A DNA stretch of 64,000 bases, taken from positions 2,368,001 through 2,432,000 of the forward strand of contig CM000153.2 of assembly GCA_000004695.1 (NCBI GenBank), written 5' to 3'. Shown here one piece after another: positions 15,198 to 34,400 of the stretch. This DNA is from Dictyostelium discoideum. Lineage: Eukaryota. A program made the translations under genes and the position numbers. Numbering within the stretch: the stretch's first letter is position 1; each line of letters starts with the position of its first letter. The notes beneath the pieces are model-generated. The model worked only from the letters and a program-made list of their open reading frames with translations. It was not told where the DNA came from and did no database searches.

Positions 15198-15501
15198 TTA
15201 ATAATAATAATAATTTTAATAATAATAATAATAATTTTAATAATAATAATATAAATAATAATATAAATAATAATATAAATATTTTTAAAAAAGTCGCAAC
15301 TACCTCTATTTTACCACCTAAAGATAATAACGGAGGTAGAGGAGGCGGAATTAAATTATCTCTTCCCAAAAAACCATCAAAATAAAAATAGAAACTTATT
15401 TTTTTTTTTTATTATTTTTTTTTTTTTTTGGTTTTTGGTTTTTGGTTATCAATACCAATCAAAAGGGGAAATATTGGTCATTTAAATAAATAAAAATAAA
15501 T

Positions 15502-15542
<41 letters not shown>

Positions 15543-15999
15543 AAATTTATATATTTTTTATTTTAATTATTTCTTTTATCTTTTTATTTTTTAATTTTTT
15601 TAAATTAATCTTTTTTTATAAAAATATTATAAAAATCGATTTTGTTCAAGATCGATTTAAATCTAATACTACAAATAATTAAAAAAAATACAATCTGCAT
15701 AATAAAATTATTTTTATTATTATAATAACGAAAATATAAAAAAAAAAATAATTATAAATTTTTTTTTTATTTTTTATTTGTAATTAGAAGATCAAATACA
15801 ATAAATAGATCTTAAATATAATCATTACAAAAAGGTTTTTTTTTTTTTTTTTTTTTTAATTATTTATTTATTTCATTATACAACAACAAAAAGGAATCAT
15901 AAAAAATTTTTTTTTTTTTTTTTAATTATTTTTTTAATTTTCTTTTAAAAAATCGATTTTTCCTATATTCAATATATATATATATATATGTATCGACAC

Positions 16000-16039
<40 letters not shown>

Positions 16040-17089
16040 AAATAATCAAATTACAACAAGCGTGTTAGGCAAATTTTTATTTATTTTTTTTATTCTTTTT
16101 TTATACTTGCATTCTTTTTTTAAAAGAAAGGTGTGGGAATTCCTAATTACAAAAGAAAAATTTTTAGGAGATTGTATTGAGATAAAAATAGATTCAATGT
16201 CGAAAATGATTTCAGGTTATATTTTTTTTATTTTTTTTATTTTTTTTTGTTATTTTTATTAATCTAATATGATGGTAAAAAAACAAAAAAATTAATGGAG
16301 CAGTTCACAAGATTTTCCAATTTTTCTTTTTTTGGAAGATTTTAAACAAAAATAAAATTTTAAAAAATATTTTTATTTTTAATGTATGGGAGTTTTCAAT
16401 TTTTATTTACGTGGGTAGGAGTAATAAAAAAAAAAAAAAATTATTAAGTACCAAATTTTATAAATTTTCTTCATTTAATATTCCCAACTACAAAAAAAAA
16501 ATCCAAAAATCTAATTATCTACCTACCAAATTTAACTATTTTTAGAATATTTTTTAACACCAAAGCATTTCTCAATCATTTTTATTTTTATTTTTATTAT
16601 TTTCATTTTTACAAGTAGATATTTTTTTATTTTTTAATAAAATTAACATCGTAATTAGATATTTTTAATTAATTTTTTATTTTCTTCTTTTCTAATTTTT
16701 TTTTTTTTTTTTTTTAAAAAAATCTCAATGTTTTTGCAAAATTTTTTTATAATAATTTTATTTTATTTTATGATTTGTCAAAAAAAAAAAAAAAAAATTA
16801 TTAATAATAATATTAATTGGAATATTTTGTAAACTGTCTTTTTAAACTTTCAATCCCACATGCACACCACCTACACACGATTGCTTATTGAAATTATCTG
16901 TAAAACTTTAAAAATAGATTAGTTTGTATATGTAAAAATGTTAACATTTTTGTTTTATTTTTGCCAGTGTTTGTTGATTTTTCATGATAAATAAATATTC
17001 AATTAATTTATTGTGAATAAAAACAAATTGATTTCAATATTGATAAAAAAAAGTAGTACTACTCAATATTACCACGCATTTACAAAACA

Positions 17090-17400
17090 AATAAAACACT
17101 ACAACACACACACACACACTAACAAACAAGCTAAAACACACACACATTTTAACCCACTAGATAGAATATTCTATTTTTTGTTAGTTTAGTTAAGTGTGTG
17201 GGTGGGGGTTGTCAGTTTTAATAGCAGATTAAATCTACCCCTTAATATCACACGTACTTCCCAAATTCTATTTAACATTTTATAAAAATAGGGTTCGGTA
17301 AATTAATAATTACAAAGCTCCATTAATTAATTTGGTGGTATTTGGATTTAAAAAATGTAATGGTGCCTGGTGCCTAGTAGTTGGGGTTTATAAATTTTAT
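17090..17400. promoter_or_regulatory. CA-rich and G-rich boxes (candidate CAE/G-box cluster) in the 5 kb ORF-free region upstream of the terpene synthase gene
   Basis: acacacacacacactaacaaacaagctaaaacacacacacatttt, gtgtgtgggtgggggttg and ggtgcctggtgcctagtagttggggtt read directly. Confidence 0.3.
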
Positions 17401-18454
17401 TTTTTATTTTTATTTTATTTTATTTTATTTTATTTAATTTTATTTTATTTTGTTTTGTTTAATATAACTATATTTTTGTCTGTTTTATAAGATTTGTTGG
17501 GCTTGAGTGTGTATGTTGGTATTATTGAATATCAATAATTTTAAAAGTTTCATTGATACATGATATTATCTTATCTATTTTTTGGTACTTATTCACTTTG
17601 TGAAACTTGAAATAATAATAAGATCGTATGAACAGATTATTAAAGTATTATTTTTTCTTGTTGTGTGTGTGTGGGTGTGTAAGTGTGTGTGGTAAATATT
17701 TATTTTTTTATTATTGTTTTATATTTAAAAAATTCTCTTACCAAAATAAAGTATCATCTCATATTATTGTCAATTTTAAAATTTTAAAACAATTCATTAT
17801 TGATATTATTTGATATTAATAATTTTGAATAACAACATATTATTAACTAACTACAAAAAAAAAAAAAAAAAAAAAAAAAAACACAATTAATTATTTATTT
17901 ATAATTAAAAAAAAAAGAAATTTTATTTATAAAAAAAAATCAAGTAATAACAATAACATTGTTTGTATTATTTTATATAAATTAATTTTTTTGTTTACAC
18001 TTTTTGATAAAATTTATATAAAAATTAGAGTTGCATTGCCTTTTTTTTTTTTTTATTTATTTATTTTTTTTTTTTATTTAATTTATTTTATTTTAAATTA
18101 TAAAATAATTTTTTTATTTTTTATTTTTAATTATTTTATTTCTTCCTTAATTTTGGGTGATTTTTCAATCTTTAAATAACAGATATTTAGTTTTTATTGT
18201 GGTCGTAATAACATAATACAAAATTAATTTAAAAAATAAAAAAAAAATAATTGGAATTTTAAAAAAAGATAAAGATATTTATTATTAAATAAATAAAAAA
18301 AAATTGTGTAATATACCTGTTCCATATTAAATACACACAATTTTTTTAATATAGCAGTTTCATTTATTTGTATAAATATATTTTTATACTTTAATTTTTT
18401 TTTAAATCTACCTCCAACCAAAAAATAAAAAAAAAAAAACTAAAACAAAAAATA

Positions 18455-18459
18455 AAATA

Positions 18460-18510
<51 letters not shown>

Positions 18511-18512
18511 CT
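18455..18512 (+). repeat. (CAA)n microsatellite of about 19 units followed by an A/C-rich tract
   Basis: Read directly. Confidence 0.9.
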
Positions 18513-18787
18513 AAAACACCATCAACAACAACAAACGCCACCAACACCACAATAAGAACACCAATATTTACATCCCTACATTACCAACAAAAAAAACCAC
18601 CACTAGTAACAAACCACTACCAAATACATTCCTTCCACTCATGTTTATTACAAAACTTGATATTTTTCAATCTACCCAATATATTAAACATTGAATATTA
18701 ATTTTTTAATTTTTTTAAATTATATAACATTTTTTAAAAAAAAAAAATTAAAAAAATAAAAAAGAAGATTTAAAAATAATAAAAATA

Positions 18788-18824
<37 letters not shown>

Positions 18825-19218
18825 AAAAACAATAATAGTAATAAAAATAACACCAAAATAATAAAAATAATAATATTATCAATAACAATAAAATAAAAAA
18901 ATAAAAATAAATAAAAATAAATAAAATAAAATAATATTATAATCAAAAAAAAAAAAAAAAAAACAAAAAAAAAAAAGAGATAAAAACCCAAATTAAAAAT
19001 CAATCATTTTGACAAGGTCTATTGTTGGGTTAAAATAAATTAATAAATTTAGTTATTATTAATAAAACCACGGCAAAAAGCCAAAATAATAATAAAAAAA
19101 TAATACTTATAATAATAATAATAATAATTCTCATTGAATTAGTTTAAAAAAAATAATAATATTTATTTCCAATATTTATTTTATTTATTTTTATTATTAT
19201 CTATTTATTTTTTGGTTT

Positions 19219-19265
<47 letters not shown>

Positions 19266-20416
19266 ATTTAAACAAAACAATAAGTTTTAATTTTTTATAA
19301 ATAATTTAAATATAACAGTGTCCAATTAAAAAAGACCAATTTAAATTAATTTTTATCTCTAAAGGTATCTTTTTTAAAAAAAAAAAAAAAAAATTATAAA
19401 AAATCATTATTCTATATATAAATTTTTATAATTATTTAAGAATATTTTTAAATAATAAAGCCTTCACCCCCCATCAAACACACATTTTTATTATTTTTAT
19501 TATTACTCATACAAAAAAAAAATATCGAAAACCACCATACAATCATACATATACATATTTATAGTTTTTGAATTTTAATAAAACATTATAACTCCCACAC
19601 TCACACACAGCAATAAATTTTAAAAAGTGTAAAAGAAAATTAGTTTTTTAAAAAATTATTCTCCTAACCACCCCAAAAACAAAAAATTATTCTTTTATTA
19701 TTAAAAATTTTTTTTTTTTTTTTTATCGTTGTTACATTTTTTATTTAAACCATTTTTTTATTTTTTTTTTTTATTTTATTTTCAATATTCAAATCACATT
19801 AATTAATATCCTATTGCTCATACCTTTTTAACCTAAAATTAAATCAATTTTTACTTCTTTTTTTTTTTTTTTTTCAAAACCACCAATTATAAATTGAATA
19901 ATAAATAAAATTTTTTAACTTTTTTTTCAATCAAAAAACCACCGTTTTTAAAAAAAAAATTTTTTAGTTACCAATTCGTTAGTTTTTAAAATAATTTTAA
20001 GATCATAATCACCCCAAACCACTGCATATCTTAAAAAAAAAAAAAAATTATTAATTAATTAAATTTCACAAATAAATCCTTATCCTTAGTAAAAAATTAA
20101 TCAACAAAATATCTACCGTAATTTTTTTTTAAAAATATCTTCAATCAATTAATTAATTAACATAATTTTTACCAAAGTAATAAAAAAAAAATAAAAAAAA
20201 AATAAAAAAAAATAAAAAATAAAAAATCTATAAATAGAGAACAAAAAAAAAAAAAATAAAAAATAAAACATTAATCACTACAACTGTAACATTAAAAAAA
20301 TAATAAATTATTTATTTCAAAAAAAAAAAAAAAAAGATATAAATAGTTTTTAATAAATCCAAAAAAAAAAAAAAGAAGAAAATAAAAAAATAAAATTTTA
20401 TATTTCCTCATTTACA

Positions 20417-20520
<104 letters not shown>

Positions 20521-20565
20521 GATCAATTTATTTAAATAAATAATTTAATAATAATAAATAATAAA

Positions 20566-21651
20566 ATGTCTTTATCTTTGGGTGATATCAAATTTCCAGA
20601 TAATTGGGATTTAATTCCAAATGAAAAAAATTACATTGATTATGTTTACAAGGAATCAATTGAATTAGAAGTATGGAGACCAAATAATAAAAGAGATTTA
20701 ATGGCACATAATAATGTTGTAAGTTTGGCTAAATATTTCTGGCCACATGTTGATTTCAATAGATTAGTAATGGGTGGAGAATTAATGGTATGGTTCTTTT
20801 CATTTGATGATGTTCTTGATGCTGGTATCTACACTGATGAAAAACAAATGGATTTGGTGAAAAGAATGGATAATGTGTTTATTAATGGTACTGTTGAGTC
20901 TGATGCAACTGGTCCAGAGAAGATGGCTCTCCACCTTAGAAAGAAATGTGAAGTAATGTGTGGCAAAAGAAGAAAGGATACCTTCAACCGTTTCATCTCT
21001 TCATGTGTCCAATGGGTCGATTCAATTATTCCATTCAATAAACTTCGTTCAGCTCAAGGCACATCCCCACATTTAGAATTATACTCATACTTGAGAAAAG
21101 TTAATATCGGTGCATATCCATGTGTCACTCTTACTGAAGTAATGTTAGATCATGAAATTGAATATTACATTTGGTCAGACCCAAAATGGATCAAAATGAA
21201 CGAAGACATCGCCATCATCACCACCTTAATCAATGATTTAGTATCCTATGAAAAAGAAGTCAATGATCAAGCAGGTGACTTGAATCCATTATACTTCCTC
21301 CAAAATCAAAAGAATATTCCATTACCAGATTCTTACAAACAAGTGGTTGATCTCATTGATTTCTGGGTAAAAGATTACCAAACCATGGAACAAAGTCTCT
21401 TAAATGAAATGGAATTTAAAGATTCAAAACAAAGAAGTGATATGGAATTCATATTGGAACATCTTCGTTATTTAGCTAGTGGTTCAAAGAAATGGTCAAT
21501 GCAAACACCTCGTTATTGCTCTCCAACTTCTCCATTCATTGAAATGAGAACTAAACCATCAACTCCAGTTATGAATTCTACAAAAAAACAAAAAATTGAT
21601 CATGTTCCATCTCAATCATTTATTTCAACACCAATTGATTTAAATAATTAA
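20566..21651 (+). CDS. Class I terpene synthase (sesquiterpene-synthase-like, microbial type); single exon
   Basis: 361-aa ORF with the Asp-rich motif [11 protein letters not shown] (DDxxD, nt 20806..20820) and the downstream NSE/DTE triad [11 protein letters not shown] (NDxxSxxxE) at the expected spacing of about 140 aa. Size typical of D. discoideum TPS proteins. Confidence 0.8.
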   Translation: MSLSLGDIKFPDNWDLIPNEKNYIDYVYKESIELEVWRPNNKRDLMAHNNVVSLAKYFWPHVDFNRLVMGGELMVWFFSFDDVLDAGIYTDEKQMDLVKRMDNVFINGTVESDATGPEKMALHLRKKCEVMCGKRRKDTFNRFISSCVQWVDSIIPFNKLRSAQGTSPHLELYSYLRKVNIGAYPCVTLTEVMLDHEIEYYIWSDPKWIKMNEDIAIITTLINDLVSYEKEVNDQAGDLNPLYFLQNQKNIPLPDSYKQVVDLIDFWVKDYQTMEQSLLNEMEFKDSKQRSDMEFILEHLRYLASGSKKWSMQTPRYCSPTSPFIEMRTKPSTPVMNSTKKQKIDHVPSQSFISTPIDLNN

Positions 21652-21836
21652 AAAAAAAAAAAAAACAATCAATAATATATATATATATTTTAAAAAACCA
21701 CTCGATCAATATATTTTTTTTTTAATGTATAAAAAAAGAATATTAAAAAAAAATAATAGTTAATAAAATTTGACATAAATTCAATTTTAATAGAGAATTT
21801 CTATTTAAAATTTAATTATATGATTTACTCATAAAA

Positions 21837-21894
<58 letters not shown>

Positions 21895-22761
21895 AATTTC
21901 CATAGTTTATAATTAGAAATAAAAAGTCGGTTATTTTTATTTTATTTTTTAATTTTTATAAAAATTGAATAAAAATTTTATTGAGTTTTATTTAAAATGT
22001 TAATTGAAGGTGATAATCTGAAAATTAAATAACGTTTAAATAAAAATTTAAAAAAAAAATTAAAATTTAAAAAAAAAAAAAAAATAAAAAAAAAAAAAAA
22101 CTGTTTAAAATGTTTAAAATTATTGATAGGTTAAAAAATGGATTTACAAATAAATGGATATTGTTCCATTCTAAAATGAAAAAAAAAATAAATAAAATTA
22201 ATATCTTAAAAAAAAACCAACATAATTTAAAAAAATAAAAATTGCTAAAATATATTTTTTAAATATGATGTCATTCAAATGATTTTAATTTTAAATAATT
22301 TTTACAAAATGATATTTATTGGATAGTAAATAGCTGAATTTTATTAATTTAATTTTTTAAAGTGGACCAATTCCATTATACAATTTGATTATATAAAAAT
22401 GGTATACTTGTAAAAAATTAATGGCGCAATTAATTTTATCTTTTTTTTAAAAAAATATTTATTATTTTATTATTCTATTTAAAACTATTAAAAATAGTTT
22501 TTTTTTTTTATTTTTTTTTTTTAACTGTATTAATAAAATAATGGAATAACAAAAATTATGTTGTAGGGAATTTTCCATAAAATTTCACTACAGTAGCGTA
22601 GTGAATTTTATTATTTAATTTCCCTACAGTAGCGTAGTGAAAAAAAAAAATCACTGACCTTAAATTTTTTTTTTTTTCAAAAAACAAATAAAGTTTATTA
22701 AATTGAAATTTTATTTTTTGTTTTAATTATTATTTTATTTATTTTTATTATAATTATTGTT

Positions 22762-22801
<40 letters not shown>

Positions 22802-23984
22802 CAATTTTTTTTTTTTAAATTTTTTTCAATTTTTATTTGTTTATTAAATTGTAATTTTATTTTTTGTTTTAATTATTATTTTATTTATTATTATTGTTAA
22901 TTTTTTTTTTTTTTCAATTTTTTTTTTTTTAATTTATTTTTATTAATTTATTTTTATTAACTCCCTGAGTTGTTCAATTGCTTGATTTACCATATCACTG
23001 TAAACACTGCACACAATTGAATTTTTTCTAGCTTTGTTACCTCTGGTGCATTTGATGTTTTTGCATTTTCCTTTGTATACAAAAAAGTCCAAATATAATT
23101 CGTTTTCTATTACAGTTTTTACACAATGTTGGTGAAATTGTTTTGATTTTAATTCTAATGCTTCTAACATCATATTTGAATTTTTAACGATTAAAGCATC
23201 ACCACTATTTACATATAGTACTTTGGCTGCTTTTTCGAGGAATTTAGTCAAATTTTCCTCTGAATCTAACTATTCTTCATTGCCATATTCAATGGCTAAA
23301 TTTCTTAAGAGTTTTATCGAATCTATTAATTCTTCGATCATTCTTTTTTTTTGAAATTTTTTTTTATTTTGTTTTTTCAATTTTTTTTTTTTATTTTGTT
23401 TTTTCAATTTTTTTTAAGTTTTATTTTTTTTTATTTTTTTTTATTTTTTTTAACAAATGTAATTTTTTTTTATTTTTTTCAATTTTTTTTTTTTTTTAAT
23501 TTTTAATTTTTTTTTTTTTTTTTAATTTTTTGTGTTGATTTGTGTTTTTTTTGTTTTTTTGATTTGGCCACTTGTTTTTATTTTCTAATTTCCCCATACC
23601 CCCTTCTATTAATTGCAACCAAATCAAGTTCTAATTTTTGTGTCCTTGTTGACTTTGTTTTTGCAACTTTTTTTGAAGGTATCACATTAACGATTTTTCC
23701 TATTGATGGTGATTTGGAAGGTGATTTAAATGGTGATTTAAATGGTGAATTGGAAGGTGATTTAAATGGTGAATTGGAAGGTGAAATGGATGGTGATTTG
23801 GAAGGTAATTTAAATGGTGATTTGGAAGGTGATTTAAATGGTGATTTAAATGGTGAATTGGAAGGTGAAATGGATGTTGATTTGAGAGGTGATTTGGATG
23901 TTGATTTGAGAGGTGATTTGGATGGTTTAGAATGTGATTTTAAAGGAGGTTTATTAACAATTGGTATCTTATGANNNNNNNNNN

Positions 23985-24074
23985 NNNNNNNNNNNNNNNN
24001 NNNNNNNNNNNNNNNNNNNNNNNNNNNNNNNNNNNNNNNNNNNNNNNNNNNNNNNNNNNNNNNNNNNNNNNNNN
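23985..24074. other. Assembly gap (run of 90 N)
   Basis: Literal N characters. Confidence 1.
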
Positions 24075-24318
24075 TGTTCTAAAAATATCAACTGTTGATT
24101 GTTTATAAAGAACCAACTTGTTACCTCCTACAAAACCAGAGTATAAACCTTTTTTTTGAAGGCTATTGATTCCATCTTCCAAAAATTCAAGTTTATAAAG
24201 TTGTTTAGTGTCTTCCTGTATTACCTTATGAATTTTACACAAAATCAATATTTTCTATTAGAATTAAATATAAAATTTGTTAATTATTACTGTTTCATAT
24301 ATTATTAATCTTTATGTT

Positions 24319-25770
24319 TTAATTACTTACATTATTTTTTTTAATTTCTAGAAAGAGTACAGTATCACCAACTTTCAATCCCTTTGGTGGTTTTGAATTC
24401 CATTGATTTTGGTAACTTGTGAGATTTTCAAGAATAATAGCTGTTCTTTCTTCTTTTGAAACATCTGAAACACCAATTGATTGAGAGTCTTGTTCTGATT
24501 GAACATTAATAAACAAAGGAACAATACCAACAGCTTGAGATGGTTTCATTTTAATTGTTCTTGTTTTTGTATTATTGTAATCATACAAAGCTTGTTTTAA
24601 TAGTTCAGAAAGAGACCTAGAAGTACCATCAAGAAAACTAAAATTTATTTATAAATGATTAATTAATAAACATATCGATAATTTATATTGTTCACAATAT
24701 CATACTCTTGTTGTTTTAATTTTGAGATCCTCTCCTTGATAGTTCGATTCAATCTTTCTACCATACCTTGAGTTGTTGGTGTACGAGGAGCTCCATGTGC
24801 TGACTTGGAGCCTGGAAAAAGTTTTAGGAATTCTTTTTGGACTTTGTTTTTAAATTCACGTCCATTATCGCAGTGCCATACTTTCACAGGTTTGCCAAAG
24901 TACGTGAGAGCCAAAAAATTGTATATGGGAACTGTTCTCTTTGTTGTCAAACATCTAAAAAATAAATGATAATTAAAATAAAAAAAGAAAACTAATAAAT
25001 TAATAAATAAAAAATAAATACCTTCCAGTAGCAAATTTTGTAAAAGAATCTATGCATAGAATAATGTAAACAACATCGGTGTCGTACGGTTGTACAGAGT
25101 CATATTGGATAAGATCATCTAGTTTAGTTAGTATCTTTTCATTATCATCATCGTATGTAACTTTTTCTTTATGTTCACCTTTAATTGATGTTAAATCATA
25201 AACCAATCTTGAGTATTCCTCGGTATCTACAATTGGAGCAAAATCCTTTGTTATACCTATTAATTTATTTAAATTATTAAAAGAGTTTTAATATAAAAGT
25301 TACAAAACATCATATAAAAATGATTGATACCAAACCTTTTATTCTATTTCGTTGGCAAATGTCACACGTATCTACTGCATCAGATACAAAAGAATACAAT
25401 CCCATATTATAATATTTAGTCTTGTAGTTCCCATAGGTTGCATCTCTTCCTATATGACCTTTATGCATTTCTTCCCAGAGTGATACCATTCTATAATCAT
25501 TAATTACTTCTAAACACACTTCTTTTGATATATTTCTATCTCCGCCACAATTCATGACTTTTTTTTCAATTCTAAATAATTTTTCTTTTCTGTTTCTGTT
25601 TTTTATTGGTCAGAATTTAAAAAATGATTGTGTTATTGTAAGGAAAAATATTTACTCATCATGTAAAAATTTATAATTTTTATGTTTAGTATTTTCAAAA
25701 TTATTATCTTCAATAAATTTTAAATAATTTATAATTTCATTTATTTTATCTTGTTTCATTTTGGGAAAAT
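24319..25770 (-). CDS. Integrase-like transposase of the mobile element (multi-exon, partly degenerate; N-terminal exon MKQDKINEIINYLKFIEDNNFENTKHKNYKFLHD at about 25668..25770)
   Basis: See the mobile element entry. The exon chain was assembled by hand and is interrupted by the N gap further downstream, so completeness is unknown. Confidence 0.45.
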
Positions 25771-25774
25771 GAAA

Positions 25775-25809
<35 letters not shown>

Positions 25810-26344
25810 TGTTGGGGAAAAAAAAAAAAAGTTTTGGCCCAAAAAAAAAAAAAAAATTAAATTAAAAAAAAAAAAAATTAAATTAAAAAAAAAAAAAATT
25901 AAAAAACCTTTTTTTAAAACTATTATTCAATTAAAAAATAATATTTTAATAAACTTTTTTTGTTTTTTGAAAAAAAAAAATTTTAGGGCCAGGAATTTTT
26001 TTTTTTCCTTCCCCTCCTGGGGGAAATTTAATTAATAAATTTCCTTCCCCTCCTGTAGTGAAATTTTTTTTAAAATTCCCTCCCACCCTTTAATTTATAA
26101 AATTTATTATGAATAAAAAAAATTATTTTTATATTTCCAAAATTTATTATATTTTAAAAGAAAAAAAAATTTAATTTTTTAATTAATGAATAGAAAAAAT
26201 TTTATTTTCATTTTTTTTTTTGGGGGTTACCCCCTTTTTTTTTTTTTTTTTTAGTGTCCAATATGGTGATTTTTCCAATTGATAAAAAAAATTTTTTTTT
26301 TTTAAATTTTTTTTTTTTTTTTAAAAAAATTCAATTTCTTTTTT

Positions 26345-26409
<65 letters not shown>

Positions 26410-26560
26410 ATTTTTTTTTTTTATTAATATTATTGTTTTTTTTTATAAATTAATTATTTTTATCTATTTCTTTAAGACAAATTATATAAATCAATTATAT
26501 AAATAGATAATATAAAGAAAAATAGGAATAATAAAATAAATAAAAAAATAAAATAAAAAG

Positions 26561-29811
<3,251 letters not shown>

Positions 29812-29941
29812 AAAAAAAAAAAATTGCAATAAATAGTAAAAAGAATAATAATAATAATAAAATTAAATTAAAAATAAATGATATCATTTAATTGATTTTA
29901 AAGGTTTTTTTATTTAATTTTATTTTTTCAATTTATAATTA

Positions 29942-30964
29942 TTAATTATTATTTGATGGTAATAAATCAGCAATTGTATTTGTATAATAATTTGGATTAA
30001 TTTTTGAATCGATATTATTAATTTCATTTAATTTTGATATACCTGTCAAAACTAATAGACTCCTTATTCCTCCATTAACAGCAAAAGCGATATCAGTATC
30101 TAATCTATCACCAACAAATAAAGTTCTCTCTGGATTTAAATTATCTTTTTTTAAAATTACATCTAATAGTAGTGTTTCAGGTTTACCAATTGTAATGGGT
30201 TTAACTCCAGTTGAAGTTTGTATCATTGCTACGATTGAACCTGCACCTGGCAATGTTTTTTCATTTTTCACTGGATATGAAGTATCAGGATTGGTTGCAA
30301 TAAATAAACAACCTTCAATTTCTTTTATACACATATGAGCATAAGTTGCCTTTTGAAATGTTAATTGTGTATCCATACCAACTATAACTGCACCAACATC
30401 TTTATCAATAGCTGTATTTTGAACACTATCTAATCCATCTTTTAATTTATTAATCTATAGATTTGGATTATTTTTATAATTATTATTTTTATTATTTTTA
30501 AAATTAATGATTGAATAATCAGTAAATTAATTATGTATGAGTATATATTTTTTGATTTTATTTACTTCTTTAATAGTTTTAAAATTTTGATCGTTTAATT
30601 CTTTTTCTAAACCATGTTCGCCAATAATGAAGACTTTTTTAGTTTCTTTTGGGAAGTTGATTTGATTTAGATAAATTGCAGCCCCATATGATGATCCATA
30701 CACCTCATCTATGAAAGCTTCGATATTAAATGATTTGATTTTCTCCAAGAATTGTTGTCTAGTTTTCGTACTATTATTTGTAACAAAAAGAATCTTTTTT
30801 CCAAGTGTTTGTCTTAAATAATTTAAAGTTTCAATAGCTCCTGGTACAATAGTATCTGCAATCCACAATACACCATCACAATCAAAAATAAATGTATCAA
30901 TTGAATCTATAAAAGATTTTTTATTTTCTTCATCAATTTTTGTACTATAGGTTACCAAATTCAT
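29942..30964 (-). CDS. HAD-superfamily subfamily IIA phosphatase (phosphoglycolate / p-nitrophenyl phosphatase-like); 2 exons approx 30567..30964 and 29942..30463
   Basis: Motif I FIFDCDGVLW, motif II LFVTNNSTKTR, motif III/IV KPITIGKPE...FVGDRLDTDIAFAVNGGIRSLLVLTG. Intron with GTAAAT donor and CTATAG acceptor between TIKE and INKLKDGLD. Confidence 0.85.
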
Positions 30965-31421
30965 TTTTATTATTACTATTATATCTGAAAATTAATATTC
31001 AAAAAAATAAATTGATTAAAAAAAAAAAATTGAAAAAAAGTAAAAAAAGAATGATTAAAAAAAAAAGAAAAAAAATTTAATTTTATTTTTCTTTTTTTTT
31101 GTTTTATTTAGCAAATGATTTAATTTGATTTATTTTTAATATGAATTTGGTATAGATATATATATGTTGGTCATTGAATTGTCCAATTTTTTTTTTTTTT
31201 AAATTATTATTGTTATTATTTATTTAAATAAATTAATAAATATTAATAGTAATTTAAATTTTATTTTTTGTATTATTGTTTTTTTATTTTAAATTTCCCA
31301 TTTCATTTCCGACTTTAAAAAAAAAAAAAAAACCATATTTTGGTCACTGCTTTTCCTAAATCTACAAAACAAAAACCAAAAAAAAAGGTTTTATTCTTTG
31401 TATAACATTTTTTAACAAAAA

Positions 31422-31453
<32 letters not shown>

Positions 31454-31479
31454 ATTGAATAAATATTATTATCAATTAT

Positions 31480-33787
<2,308 letters not shown>

Positions 33788-33842
33788 TATTTATATACTC
33801 TCTTTCTATATTCCAATTTTAGTTTATATCCTTATTATTACT

Positions 33843-33875
<33 letters not shown>

Positions 33876-34067
33876 AAAAAAATTATTGGTTCAATTATTA
33901 TTATATTACATACAAATAGGTGAAAAAAAAAAATAAAAAAAAAGTTTTAACTAATTTTGTATGAGGTTTGTGATAATTTTGATGGGGTTACTGCCAAAAA
34001 AAAAAAAAAAAAAAAAAGTTTTAACAAATTTTGTTTGGGGTCTGTGACAATTTTGATGGAGTTTTTC

Positions 34068-34108
<41 letters not shown>

Positions 34109-34278
34109 TTTAAATTAAAAAAAATTTCCAAAAAAAAAAATTAAAATTAAAAAAAATGGAAAATTAAAGTTTTGGTTTTTATTAATTAAAAAAAAAAAAA
34201 ATTAAAAAAAAAGTTTTATATCTATAAATAAATAATCTATTTTTGGTTTTTTTTTTTTACTTTTTTATTTTATTTTTA

Positions 34279-34313
<35 letters not shown>

Positions 34314-34369
34314 TTTTATTATTTACAAAAATGAATCACATAAAATGAATCTTAAATATTATTATTAGG

Positions 34370-34391
<22 letters not shown>

Positions 34392-34400
<9 letters not shown>

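Larger units (their letters stand above)
22570..26065. mobile_element. Degenerate roughly 3.5 kb transposable element encoding an integrase-type (rve: HHCC zinc finger + DDE core + C-terminal GDTV SH3-like) transposase. The transposase is split by introns and frameshifts. The element is flanked by terminal repeats sharing the motif AAATTTCACTACAG / CTGTAGTGAAATTT and contains an assembly gap.
   Basis: Minus-strand ORFs: HHCC HKGHIGRDATYGNYKTKYYNMGLYSFVSDAVDTCDICQRNR (25310..25555); DDE core VVYIILCIDSFTKFATGR then VWHCDNGREF...PRTPTTQGMVERLNRTIKE (24663..25206); C-terminus ELLKQALYDYNNTKTRTIKMKPSQAVGI...LKVGDTVLFLE (24319..24600). GTAAAT/GTATTT/GTAAGT donors and TTTAG acceptors interrupt the reading frame (for example FATGR|gtattt...tttag|CLTTKRTVP). 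Terminal motifs at 22584..22643 and 26005..26063. Confidence 0.6.

Noticed and set aside
23540-23974. Plus-strand ORF with (GDLNG/GELEG)n repeats inside the mobile element
   Set aside because: It is more likely the antisense reading of minus-strand S-P-x-K repeat coding sequence belonging to the transposase region. It is kept only as part of the element.
23985-24074. Run of N inside the mobile element
   Set aside because: This is an assembly gap, not a biological feature. It does suggest a collapsed repeat.
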